Positions 24,869-37,283 of a stretch of 64,000 bases of DNA are shown here, piece by piece. The position numbers were made by a program, and so were the translations under genes. The notes under the pieces are model-generated. The model searched no databases. It worked only from the letters and a program-made list of their open reading frames with translations, and was not told where the DNA came from. How positions within the stretch are numbered: the stretch's first letter is position 1; each line of letters opens with the position of its first letter. The stretch lies in NCBI RefSeq assembly GCF_018350175.1, contig NC_058368.1, forward strand, positions 71,426,001-71,490,000, read 5' to 3'. This DNA is from Felis catus (Eukaryota).

Positions 24869-26322
24869 CACACACACACATATACACACCACATCTTCTT
24901 TATCCATTCATCCATTGATGGACATTTGGGCTCTTTCCATACTTTGGCTCTAGTTGATAGTGCTGCTGTAAACATTGGGGTGCATGTGTGTCCCTTCGAA
25001 ACACCTCACTTGTATCCCTTAGGTAAATACCTAGTAGTGCAATTGCTGGGTCATAGGGTGGTTCTATTTTTAGCTTTTTGAGGAACCTCCATACTGTTTT
25101 CCAGAGTGGCTGCACCAGCTTACATTCCCACCAGCAGTGCAAAAGAGATCCTCTTTCTCTGCATCCTCGCCAACATCCATTGTTGCCTGAGTTGTTAATG
25201 TTAGCCATTCTGACAGGTGTAAGGTGGTATCTCATGGTGGTTTTGATTTGTATTTCCCTGATGATGAGTGATGTTTAGAATTTTTTCATGTGTCGGTTGG
25301 CCATCTGGATGTCTATTCATGTCTTTTGCAGTGTCTATTCATGTCTTTTGCTCATTTCTTCACTGGATTATTTGTTTTTTGGGTGTTGAGTTTGATAAGT
25401 TCTTTATAGATTTTGGGCACTAACCCTTTATCTGATATATCATTTGCAAATATCTTCTCCCATTCTGTCAGTTGCCTCTTAGTTTTGCTGATTGTTTCCT
25501 TTGCTGTGCAGAAGCTTTTTATTTTGATGAGGTCCCAGTAGTTAATTTTTGCTTTTGTTTCCCTTGCCTCTGGAGACGTGTTGAGTTAAAAGAAGTTGCT
25601 GTGGCCAAGATCAAAGAGGTTTTTGCCTGCTTTCTTCTCGAGGATTTTGATGGCTTCCTGTCTTACATTTAGGTCTTTCATCCATTTTGAGTTTTCTTTT
25701 TTTAAACTTTTTTTTAATGTTTATTTTTGAGAGGGAGAGAGAAACAGTGCGTGAACAGGGGAGGGGCAGAGAAAGAGGGAGGCACAGAATCTGAAGCCCG
25801 CTCCAGGGTCTGAGCTGTCAGCACAAAGCCTGATGTGGGACTCAAACCCGTAAACCGCGAGACCATGACCTGAGCCGAAGTTGGATGCCTAACCGACTGA
25901 GCCACCCAGGCGCCCCTTTTTTTGAGTTTATTTTTGTGTATGGTGTAAGAAAGTGGTCCAGGTTCATTCTTCTGCATGTCGCTGTCCAGTTTTCCCAGCA
26001 CCACTTGCTGAAGAGACTGTCTTTATTCCATTGGATATTCTTTGCTGCTTTGTCAAAGATCAGTTGGCCATACATTTGTGGGTCCATTTCTGGGTTCTCT
26101 GTTCTGTTCCATTGATCTGAGTGTCTGTTCTTGTGCCAGTACCATACTGTCTTGACGATTACAGCCTTGTAGTATAGCTTGAAGTCTGGGATTGTGATGC
26201 CTCCTACTTTCTTTTCTTTTTCAAGATTGCTTTGGTCATTTGGGGTCTTTTCTGGTTCCACACAAATTTTAGGATTATTTGTTCTAGCTCTGTGAAGAAT
26301 GCTGGTGTTATTTTGATAGGGA
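24454..26322 (-). mobile_element. 5'-truncated feline-type L1 (3' part of ORF2 plus 3'UTR) with nested SINE
   Basis: ORF2 C-terminal peptides [15 protein letters not shown]..., [11 protein letters not shown]..., [28 protein letters not shown] gagccatagtat at 24442-24453 and 26323-26334. Confidence 0.95.
25697..25916 (-). mobile_element. SINEC_Fc nested in L1 ORF2
   Basis: Interrupts L1 peptide ...PYTKINSK; ttttgagttt is duplicated on both sides. Confidence 0.95.
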
Positions 26323-26544
26323 GAGCCATAGTATTATTATATAACCTCTAGTCAAAGACTATCTCAACATGGCTCTGACATTAGACCAAGTCCTTTACAT
26401 TTTTATGTCTTTTATCTCACAATTTATAAAAGATACCATTTTAAGAAAAGAACTAAAAAAACTGTCCTTCAGTTTTTTGGGGTGTGTGCAAAAGAAAGTG
26501 ATTATGATAATGAAAACCATAACCTCTTATTAGAGATGGTATGA

Positions 26545-26649
26545 TGACTTGTGGTTTGTGAGTTTGAGCCCTGTGTCAGGCTCTGTGCTGACAGCTCAGA
26601 GCCTGGAGCCTGCTTTGGATTTTGTCTTCTTCTCTCTTTGCCCCTCCCC

Positions 26650-26710
<61 letters not shown>

Positions 26711-26977
26711 TCTCTCAAAAATAAACATTTAGGGGTGCCTGGGTGGCTCAGTTGGTTGAGTGTCCGACTTTGACTCAGGTCATGATCTCACGGTTCATGA
26801 GTTCGAGCACTGCATCGGGCTTTGTGCTGACAGCTCAGACCCTGGAGCCTGCTTCAGATTCTGTGTCTCCCTCTCTCTCTGTCCCTCCCCCGCTCGCACT
26901 CTGTCTCTCTCTCTCTGTCTAAAATAAATAAACATTTAAAGAAATAAACAAACATTTAAAAAATGTTAAAAAAAAAA
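26545..26977 (+). mobile_element. SINE-in-SINE composite with long (TC)n
   Basis: 5'-truncated outer copy; full inner copy from 26732; outer TSD agatggtatga at 26534-26544 and 26978-26988. Confidence 0.93.
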
Positions 26978-27792
26978 AGATGGTATGAGATCCATCTCAC
27001 ATCAAGAACTTTGAAGGAACTATAGGTGGTTAGCCTGGAGAAGAGAGGACTCATTAATAGGGAATAATGCAGCTGTAATCAGCTTGACCCAGCAGTTGGC
27101 CCTGGCCACTGATCTGTGTTTATTTGTTGACTGTGTCTAATACAAAATGGGTCACTTTTGTAGTTGGTAGGGCATACTGTATTGATCACTCTGGTGAAAG
27201 AGTCAGGTGATGAACTAATCTTCATCTCAAACCTAAGATTCAGTCAGGGCCACTTTCTGCCTTGGATCAGCTTTGGTCCAGGTGGTTAGGCTGGATTTTA
27301 GTCTAATTTAGTTAGGAACAACATTTGGATCATGGATTGCAAGACACCAGGACCAGCTGCACCAGAGATTTCAGCAAGGAAAAACCTGAGGGCATAGTAA
27401 TGAAGAACATTCAGAAGAAGTCCATGGTCAGAGCCAGGGCAGACATGTTGTGGGTATCAGGCCATAAGAGAACAACAGGAGTCAAGGCCCCTCTGATCTG
27501 TGATCAAGAGTAGCCTTATGCTAGAACCATTATCATAAGAATAGTTATGATAGAATATCTTCTACGCTGCCACTTTGGACCTGAAAAATATCTTTTCAAT
27601 GTGGCTAGATACTCTAAGGATGGTCAAGATATAAAACCATTTTAATGAGTGGCAGAGTGTATAACTGCAGTCTATATCCTTCAAGATGGGTAATGTATAA
27701 GCATAGGAAAGAATAGAATTAGAATAGACTTATTCAAAATTACTTCAGATTGGAAAAGTTAGGTGGAAGTCACAAAGAAACAGTTTGATTCA

Positions 27793-28220
27793 GGGCGCCT
27801 GGGTGCTTCAGTTAGTTGAGTATCCAACTCTTGATTTCAGCTCAGATCATAATCCCAGGGTCGTAGGATCGAGCCCTGCTTGGGACTCCGTGCTGAGTGT
27901 GGAGCCTGCTTGAGATTCTGTCTCTCCTTCCGCCCCTCTCCTATGCTTGCACCTTCTCTCTTTTTCTCTCAAATAAAATTTTTTAAAAAGTTTGGGGCCC
28001 CTGGGTGGCTCAGTCAGCTAAGAGTATGACTTCAGCTCAGGTCATGATCTTGTGGTTTGTGGGTTCAAGCCCCGCATTGGGCTCTGGGCTGGGCTGACAG
28101 CTCAGAGCCTGGAGCCTGCTTCGGATTCTGTGTCTCCCTTTTTCTCTCCCCCCCCCCCCCCGCCACTTGCATTCTGTCTCTTCTCTCTGTCAAAAATAAA
28201 CATTAAAAAAAAAAGTTTGT
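27793..28220 (+). mobile_element. SINE-in-SINE composite
   Basis: Outer TSD agaaacagtttgattca / agaagcagtctgattca; inner copy from about 27994 with an aaaaagtttg duplication. Confidence 0.92.
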
Positions 28221-29133
28221 AGAAGCAGTCTGATTCAGTATGAGAAGTAACCATCTATTTAGAAATCTTTGAGTTTGTCACTTTCCAACTATTGGGGTTC
28301 TATCAATCCTAGATAACCATCTATCCAATAGTGCTGTAGAAGAGGCATTCGCACTGCATGGAGGATGAAATAGATCATCTCTGCAGCACTACTCTGTTAA
28401 AATTACCTGAGAGATTCTTAAGTTGTGGAAACAAATTTAAATTGTAGAAGTAAATAAGTTTTCAGCCGGCTTATATCAGATAGAAATTTATTGGGAATTA
28501 GTCCTTGGTAGAATTTGCAAATCTGTTCCAGTATCAATAAAAGGATTAAAATTGATATACATTGTATCAATTTCTCTGTGAGATGTGATGAATAATAGTG
28601 AGTTTTATTTGGGAATCTCCTTTCTCAATATTATCTTAGTGCAGCTAGCAATTAGACCAAATGAAACACTGAACCAGTGTCCTACAGAGGAAAGGATTCT
28701 CATAATGTATTGCCTTTTTCCCTGCTGATGACATAATGTGCAAATGTGTCTAGAGGAGTGACTGTTTCAACCACTGTAAGAAATCTCTTCTGCATCTTGA
28801 TTAGTGTACACACATCCACAAAAGATTCGGGGTGCAAAATGTTCACATAATTTGTCTTTATGGCCATGACCCACTAAACTGGTTTCATGAACTACTTGAG
28901 TGGTTTGTATTATGCAATTTGGTAAACATGTGTCTAAAATAGTTCTATTTCAAGCTGAGATCTGTAGACATGCAGCATCAGCACCACCCTGAAGCTTGTT
29001 TGAAATGCAAGTTCTTGGGCCGATGCACAGTGAAGTTGGAGATCATTTTACTGGTCCTCTTTATACTCCAAAGAGCTTTTGTGGTTATATCCGTTGATAG
29101 TTGCCATATTATAAATTAAAACTTAGGAGCTTC

Positions 29134-29590
29134 AGGGGCTCCTGGGTGGCTCAGTTGGTTAAGTGTCCAACTCTTGATTTTAGCTCAGGTCATGATACCC
29201 CAGTTTGTGGGATTGAGCACCCCCACTGGGCTCTGCACCAACAGTGCAGAGCCTGCTTGAGATTGTTTCTCTCCCTCTGTGCTCCCCTGCTTGCACGCAT
29301 GTTCCTTCTTTCCCTCAAAATAAATAAATAAACATTAACAAAAGAAGAAGAAGGGTGTCTGGGTGGTTCAGTCGGTAGACCTGACTTTGGCTCAGGTCAT
29401 GATCTCACATTTAGTGGGTTCAAGTTCTACATCCAGCTCAGTGCTGACAGCGTGGAGCCTGCTTTGCTCTCTGTCGCTCCCTCTTTCTGCCTCTCCCTAG
29501 CTTGCTCTCTCTCTCTCTCTCTCTCTGTTTCTCTTGAAAATAAACAGACATTTAAAAAATATTTTAAAACAATTTGTAAAAAAGAAGAAA
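29134..29590 (+). mobile_element. SINE-in-SINE composite
   Basis: Outer TSD aaaacttaggagctt at about 29118-29132 and 29590-29604; inner copy from about 29353. Confidence 0.92.
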
Positions 29591-29619
29591 AAACTTAGGA
29601 GCTTTAAAAATATTTATTT

Positions 29620-29857
29620 TTTTATTTTTTCTTTTTAAAAAATTTTTTTAAAAATTTTTTTTAATGTTTATTTTTGAGACAGAGACAGAGCATGAACAGG
29701 GGAGGGTCAGAGAAAGAGGGAGACACAGAATCGGAAGCAGGCTCCAGGCTCTGAGCCATCAGCCCAGAGCCCGACGCGGGGCTCGAACTCATGGACCGCG
29801 AGATCATGACCTGAGCCGAAGTCGGACGCTTAACCGACTGAGCCACCCAGGCGCCCC
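29620..29857 (-). mobile_element. Young SINEC_Fc
   Basis: CpG-rich near-consensus body (gcccgacgcggggctcgaactcatggaccgcgagatc). Confidence 0.96.
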
Positions 29858-30454
29858 TTAAATGTATTTTTATAGTACTAGTAATAAATCCATTATATGT
29901 TGACATCAGAGCAATGAAGTCACCACACATATATCTCTTGGATCAGGGAACCTCCACAGTATACACCTGAAAACAATGATGGAGGAAAAGCAAATAAATC
30001 TTAGCATTATTGTGAAAGTAGTTTTGACCTTGCAGTCCCCAAAGGTTCTTGGGGACTCCTGATAGCCCATAGGGCACACTTTGAGAAGTGCTCTTGTAGA
30101 CTGTTTTTGAGAAGTCTAAGACCAAATTTTTGTAATCCTCATATAGGGTAAGTATGGGGTCATGTGAGTCGTTTTCATCAGGAACTTTTCAAAGCCTGGG
30201 AGAGTGCAGTTTATCCAGGCCATTGAGGGGTATATTACCAAATTCCTAGAACTAATTGATAGACTCACTTGGGGGGTTTGGTCTTATTTGAATAATCTTG
30301 CTCTCTTCCCTCCCCAGTGCATGCCTCAGTGCCTGGTATAAGACTAGCTCTATAATAGATGTTTGAAAAAATACTTATTTGAATGACTAATAATTCTATA
30401 AGTTAGAAGCACTAGATGTTTACAAGATGTATGTGATTGATTGATTTTCCTCAG

Positions 30455-30563
30455 GACACAAGTTAACAGAGAATGAGAGAAACCAATTATTGGCAATAGC
30501 ATCATCATTGTTCGTGGCATTCCAATTAAGAGCACAACATTTTCAAGAACATGAAAATTCAAG
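30455..30563 (+). CDS. PCCA: PCCA internal coding exon (109 bp, phase 1/2; probably human exon 18 equivalent)
   Basis: ttttcctcAG|GA CAC AAG...AAT TCA AG|GTatgt translates to (G)[35 protein letters not shown](R). It joins in frame to the previous exon (G+GA=Gly). Confidence 0.97.
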
Positions 30564-31504
30564 GTATGTTAGATTATTTAAGACAGCATAAATGAACAAA
30601 TACCGACAATCTAATCATAGAAAATAGCTAATAAAAGATATAACTGATCATAGTTCTGAATCTTGTGAGTGTTTGCAGACGTATAATAAAATCACACTGT
30701 TTAAAAATGGTATTGCTTCTATTTTGTTCAAATGATTTTTTTTAACTCAGAAAAAAGGATCTTGACCCTGCTAATTTGGACATTATTAGAGGTAAGAAGA
30801 TACTCTAAAGCCCTGAGGAATATCTGTTTAAGTAATTTGTATTTTATTATTTCTGTTTCATAACTTTGTTTGTTAATCTTTGTTAACTTTGTTGACAAAC
30901 TTTTGAAAAGTGTTATAGTACTAAAAATTAGGATTGAGTCTGAGCAGCTAAAATATACATATATATAAGAAATTCATTTATAAGATACAAGAAAGAGTTA
31001 ACAGGTTGAGTTAGTTATTTGTGATCCCTAAGTATACCTTTTAGCTTCCTAGAAATGTAAGTGAAAGAAAAAATATCCTTTGTATCAGGGCAAATAAAAA
31101 CAAAGTCATCATGACATTAATGGCTCTAAATGACAGAATTACTTAACATGAATTTCTGTGTCCTTGCTAACATAATCCTACTTTAGCAAGTACAGTCTAT
31201 GACTTGCTAGGGTGATGTTGTTGATAAAACTGTGTCACTTCAACTTCTTTTCCATGTTTTTTGCTTTTCTGCAAGAGGAAGAACAAAGAGAAAAAGAGAA
31301 AAGATGGCAGGTGACTGAGCAGCTCTGAAGAACACAGATCAGAAACTCAGATTACCCTCTGAGAATTAGGTAGAGGAGAAGTAGATTGGGTTTCGGCTGT
31401 ATCTTAATGGCTGACTGGTTTTACTCAGAAAATCTTGGTGTAAATAGTACTCTTCATTTGTTCCTATTCTCAACAGAGAGTATAGGAAGCTTAGTTGATG
31501 ATTT

Positions 31505-32000
31505 TTTTTTCCCACTTGTTTTTATTGAAGTATAGTCGACACACAGTGTTGTTACATTGGTTTCAGGTGTACAGCATAGTGATTGAACAGCTCTATACTA
31601 CATGCTGTGCACACTGTAAACACAGTAACCGTTTGTCATCCTACAGCACTATTACAATACCATTAACTGTATTCCATATGCTGTAGCTTTCATATGGACT
31701 TACCATTCCATAAATGGAAGCGTGTACCTTCTCCTCCCCTTCACCCGTTTTGCCCATGCCCCCCTCCCACCCCTGTGGCAACCATCAGTTCTCTGTATTC
31801 ATGGGTCTGTTTCTGCATTGTTTTGTTTTTTAGATTCCACGTATAAGTGAAATCGTATGGTATTTGTCTTTCTCTGTCTGACTTATTTCACTTAACATTA
31901 TACCCTCTAGGTCCATCCATGTTGTTTCCCATAGCAAGATCTCATTCTTTTTTATGGCTGAGTAATATTCTCTCTCTCTTTTTCTCTTTCTCTCTCTGTG

Positions 32001-32054
<54 letters not shown>

Positions 32055-32155
32055 AAATGGCTATTGTAAATAATGCTGCACTAAACATAGTATTCATATA
32101 TCTTTTTGAATTAGTGTTTTCGTTTCCCTTGCGTAGATACCCATTAGTAGATTAA
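31505..32155 (-). mobile_element. Carnivore L1 3' fragment
   Basis: tttttattgaagtatagt..., agattccacgtataagtgaaatcgtatggtatttgtctttctctgtctgacttatttcactt are typical L1 3' end motifs. Confidence 0.88.
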
Positions 32156-32299
32156 TGTATAATCTTTTTTTAAGTCATGATTTGATAGATGTCTAGGGAG
32201 AGTTGAGAGGTTACAGAATATCAGTAAATTACTGAATGATGGAAGGAGGAGGAAAGTGGGCAATAAAGCCATGAATCTGGTTGGTTTTTTTCCCTAAAG

Positions 32300-32505
32300 T
32301 TGCACTGGCCAATGTAGTAGCCATTGGCCATGTGTGCTTACTTGAACTGAAATTAAATTAAAAGTTCAGTTTCTCAGGTTTCAGTGCCACTATCTGTGTA
32401 GTCACCAACCTCATTTCATGTGCTCTGCTGTACTGTGGTTAGTGGCTACTGAACTGAGTGATAGAAAGAACCTTCTATCATTGCAGTTTGTTTCCATCAA
32501 GCTCT
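32300..32505. mobile_element. MER3/MER33-like hAT MITE
   Basis: tagtagccattggccatgtg...aattaaaagttcagtttctcag...tggttagtggctac...ttctatcattgcag. Confidence 0.7.
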
Positions 32506-33574
32506 GTTGCAACAGGGATGTTTTGGAGGGATGTGTGTATCTAGCTTTTGTTTTAAATCCAGAATCATACCTTGTATAATTTTTTTATTATTCTTTTGAT
32601 AAATACAGTGTTCATATCCTGATGCCCTTCAGATGTTATTTGGACCTTGACCATTTCTGAAGTCCTGAGGGTCACTAATTATGAAGTGGTTTGATCTTTA
32701 AGATATGTATTCAAATTATTTTCAGAGAGTACTGAGTTACCACTGGCAAAAATCTGAAAAAGGTTTAAAAAGGAAAAGAATAAAAATTACTTGTATCCCA
32801 CAAACTTTTCAGGAAGTACTTTTTCACATTTTGATGTATTCCTTTCTAAGTGTATATATGTGTGTATATTTATAGACATACATACATGTAGCATGCATAT
32901 ACCTCACATAGAGTCATACTGGGAATATAGTTTGACTTCTATTTTTTATTGTAATATTATGTTGTGAATATTATTTTTATTCCCTAGTCTTTAGAAGCAT
33001 ATTTTAAAATTTTTATTACAGAATTTAAAACATATGGAAACTTTTGCTCTCCAAAAGATACCATTGAGAAAACTATAAAATAATATATGTAGCAAATGGC
33101 AGAATGTATCCAGAGATATATAGATATATAGGTATATAGATAAGGAACTTGAGTTTATAATGTATAAATACTTCTTAAAACTCAAAAATAAGCCAGACAC
33201 CCCAATTAAAAAAATAGAAATCTTTATTAAAGGAGTTATATGAATGGCAATAAGTTCATGAAAAGGTGTTCAGCATCATTAATCACTAGAGAAAGACAAA
33301 ATCACATTGCTACACTAATACACACCAACTAGAATAATGTACATTAAGTGGTAAGTGGATAAATAGTTGTGGTATATTCATACAATGAAATACTATTTAG
33401 CAGTAAAGTAGAAAAATGTACTGGTATATGTATCACCATGTAAAAAAAAAAGAAAGTCCTGCTAAGAGAAACCAGATTAAAGAAGACTATATAGTCTGTA
33501 GTTTTATTTGAAATTTCTAGTAAAGGCAAAAATATAATGATGGGAAGATCAGTGGTTCCCTGGATGCAGGTGTT

Positions 33575-35505
33575 GATGTCATAGAATTACGTCTTCACAC
33601 ATTCTGTGCCCCAAACCATAAATTAATAATTCTTTTAAATGTATTAATTTCTTAAATTATGTAGAAAACAAAATATGGACTTTCAAAAAAAGTTATAATA
33701 ATAACAGCTATTATTATTGTCCATAATAATATGGACTTTACTGAGACATTTATTTATTTATGTGGCTTCCTGGCACTGTCTGGAGTCCTTCCATTTCAAC
33801 TTGCAAGACTGCCTTCTGCATTTATTGCAGGGCAGGTCTAGTGGTCAGAAACTCACAAACTGCCTCAGTTTCTCTTTATCTGGGAGTGTCTTAATTTCCA
33901 ATTTTATTTCTTAATCCAGTTTTGCTGGATTTCGGATTCTTAGTTGACAGGTTGTTTTGTTTTTTGGTTTTTTTTTTTCTTTTAGCACATCGAATGTATC
34001 AGCTTACTGCCTCTGGCCTCTTCAATTTCTGTTGAAAATCGGACAGTCTTATTGAATATCCTTTGGAGGTTGATTTGCCTGTCTCTTACTACTTTCAAGA
34101 TTTTCTCTTTGGCTTTTGAAAAGTTTGACTGTAATGTGTCTTCCTGGGGGTGTATGAGTTCATCTTATTTGGAGTCCATTGAGTTTCTTGAATATTTATA
34201 TTCATGCCTATCATCAAATTTGGGAAATTTTCAGCCATTATTCACATATTTTCTCTACCCCGTTCTCTCTCTCTCCTTTTGGGGCTCCCATGATGAATAC
34301 ATTCGTCTGTTTGATGGTGTCCCACAGGACCCAGTCTTTCTGTTCTTCAAATTCGAGAATTTCTCTTACCTTATTCTCAAGTTGGCTGATTCTTCTGCCT
34401 GCTCAAATCTGCCTTTTAATCCTAGTGAGTTTTTCATTTCAGTTATTGTACTTTTTTAGCTCTAGAATTTTTAAATTTCCTTATAGGTTTTTAATTTTTT
34501 TATTAATATTTTCATTTTGTTTTCACATTGTTTTCTTTGTTCACATCTTCCTTTAGTTTTTTGAGCATCTTTAAGAGAGAATTGTTTTAAAGTCTTGGTT
34601 TACTATATCTGCCATTAGCTCTTTTTCATGGTCATATTCTGCTAATTTTGTTCTTTGAGAAGACCATACTTCTCTGTTTCTGTATATGACTTGTGATTTT
34701 TTTGTTGTTGTTGAGCATAGGACATTTGAATCTGTTAATGTGGTAACTCTGGAAATCAGATTTTCCTCTTTCCTCAGGATTTACTGGTTGTTGTTGTTGT
34801 TGTTGTTGTTGTTATCTGCATTTATTTGTTGCAGGCTGTCTCTATGCCAGCAATCAGCTGATCAGCCTGAGGTGTAAATGTAAGGTCTTCTCAGGTCTTT
34901 TCTGAGCATTTCCCTGGGTGTGTACAGTCACCTTCCAGTTTCCCTTATAAATGCAGTTGTTTTTGAATGTCTTAGTCTTTATTGTCTGGCTCCTGACAGG
35001 GGGAAAAGCAGAAAATGAAGGAGGCAAATGGGGGTACTGACCCTTTAAATCCCCTGGAAGTCCCTTCAGCCAGAGGGAGGGGCTTGTAACACTGGGAGGA
35101 GGCGCAGTAACAATGGCTGTCTACCTTTTTGTCTGCACCTCTGTGATCACAAGCAGTAGTCAATCATCATAACACAGATGCCTAGTATTTGGAGGACAGG
35201 ATCCTTTTTTTGCCCACCCTGGCTTCCACAAGCCGTGTGGACGCTGCTCCAGGAACACATGACAAGCTGCCTGCCAGTTGCTGGGGATGGGCTGGGGGAT
35301 GAGTAGCTGTTACTCTGGTAAGACCTGAAATTGACCAAAATTGATTGCAATTTACCATCCCACTTTAACCTGGAAGTTGGCAAGCCTTTGACTGGGCTGG
35401 AGTTCTAAACTAAAAATATCAGAGAGATTCTGCCAGTATAATCGTCATTTAGGAGGGTAGACACATTCCTGATGTTTCCTAGTCCGCCATCATCCCAGAA
35501 TCCTT
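33575..35505 (-). mobile_element. Old L1M 5'UTR/ORF1 region
   Basis: T-rich antisense L1 ORF1 motifs: ttttgctggatttcggattcttagttgacag, tcaaatttgggaaattttcagccattatt, gatggtgtcccacagg. Confidence 0.8.
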
Positions 35506-37057
35506 CTCCTCTATATATTACTATTGAACTTATTACTCTTTAAAAGTTGGAAAAATTATACTAATAAAATATGTGGCCAAAAGTTATGTAAATAACTGTG
35601 CACATGTTACCTATATAACAATGATTTATTTTGGGTGAGTTTATTTTCTATGGAACTTACTCATTTAGTAAGCCAGTTTATTGTGAAACAGTATTACCCA
35701 TGACAACAGAGACCTGTAATATCTAGCAAAATATATTGATTTTTTTGGCAGAGTATAATCTTACTTAAACGAAGTAAATCTAAGTTATTTTTGCTTGTTT
35801 GCCGAAAAGGTCCCTGACATCAAAGTTGATGTTAGGTGATTGAATCTTTACATTTTGGTTCACGAAGCATGATTTCATTATTGGCTTGGGAATGGTGTCT
35901 AAGAGTCAAGCCTCCAGGTGTGGCTGCACATTTCTCCATCATGGGTGTGCTCATGTAATGTTTATGCTTCCAGATCCAGTAGCCCTCAGCCCTTCCTTTG
36001 TGTGGCTTGTTTTGGCTGCTGATCTTATTTTCCCAATATCTCTATGGATTTTATTCTTTCATCATTTATGACTTGGAAAAAGACACTGATGATATGTACC
36101 CATAGTATTTGGATAGTAAGAAGATAGCAGTGCCTTTTAGAAGAAAAAAAACCAACAAAACATTAATGTCAGAACAATGGCAATTTTTCTCAGGATGACC
36201 GCAAATAAATTTGGCAAACACAATTAAGTTTTTACAGAAGTACATGATAATTATTTTTAATTGTCATGTCAGTTATTCTTTTGACAGAAATGAATGCTTG
36301 AAAGTTGTGTTAAACAATCACTTCATGTTATTTGAAGTGAGAGTGATTTTGTTGCAATGTGGTTTGGTTTAATAATTTGTTGCACTAACAGATAATGATT
36401 GGAGGAAAAAAGAGTAAAGGAAACAATTTAGTCCCTTATAGTAATCTTTCATTTAGTTTTGTTCAAGATATGCCTGTTTTCCTTGGATCTAAATGCTTGT
36501 TCACAGGTCAGGAATCACCTTTCTGAGCGAGGCCCTTTCCTTTCTTTATTCTTGTTCAAGTCCACCTCTGCCATCCCAAGCTTCTCAGGCGCTAGTGAGA
36601 ACGCCACTGTGCTCTCTCTAAACTTCTGTACTTCTGTCCTTCCCACTGTTATTTCTACACCTGTTGCTTTCTTTGGTTAGGTCTGGTAGCTAAGTAAATA
36701 GTCAACTAGGCTTTCTTGAGCTTTATCACTTACATTTTCTAATTTCATGATTATTATCTTCCTGTTATGCTAATTTATCATGTAATGATTATTAGTTCTT
36801 GGGAGAGCTGTACCAACTTCCCTGGTGGTGGAAGGCTGGTGACCAGGTCTCTCTTCCCTAGCAAAGTGCTGTTTTGCATTCACTTAACCTTGTAGTGTTG
36901 TAAGAATTTGGCAGGGGGTATGGCTCAGGATAAGCCTTTGACTCCTTTTGGCATGTCAGTCCTCATAGTGTAGCTACACTGAGGTATATTGAAACTATTT
37001 TAAGGTGTTTCAAAGTAAATGTTGATTCCATGGGTTTTATAAAAATATTTTACTGCA

Positions 37058-37283
37058 GGGGCGCCTGGGTGGCGCAGTCGGTTAAGCGTCCGACTTCAGC
37101 CAGGTCACGATCTCGCGGTCCGTGAGTTCGAGCCCCGCGTCAGGCTCTGGGCTGATGGCTCGGAGCCTGGAGCCTGTTTCTGATTCTGTGTCTCCCTCTC
37201 TCTCTGCCCCTCCCCCGTTCATGCTCTGTCTCTCTCTGTCCCAAAAATAAATAAATAAACGTTGAAAAAAAATTAAAAAAAAA
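37058..37283 (+). mobile_element. Very young SINEC_Fc
   Basis: ggggcgcctgggtggcgcagtcggttaagcgtccgact with nearly all CpGs intact; TSD attttactgca at 37047-37057 and 37284-37294. Confidence 0.98.

Larger units (their letters stand above)
28940..30095. mobile_element. MER5-like piece followed by an internally deleted Charlie1-type element, split by three SINEs
   Basis: gcagcatcagcaccaccctgaagcttgtttgaaatgcaa (MER5); cttagcattattgtgaaagtagttttgaccttgc...cacactttgagaagtgct (Charlie1 end). Confidence 0.7.
14806..30454 (+). other. PCCA: PCCA intron (15,649 bp, GT-AG)
   Basis: Lies between the two in-frame exons above. Positions 1-14694 and 30564-64000 are the flanking, incomplete introns. Confidence 0.93.

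Noticed and set aside
24900..26261. 111-aa and 139-aa ORFs as genes
   Set aside because: They are L1 ORF2 C-terminal fragments in a truncated, SINE-interrupted copy.
37058..37140. tRNA gene
   Set aside because: tRNA-derived SINE head with A/B boxes, followed by SINE body, (TC)n, A-tail and TSD.
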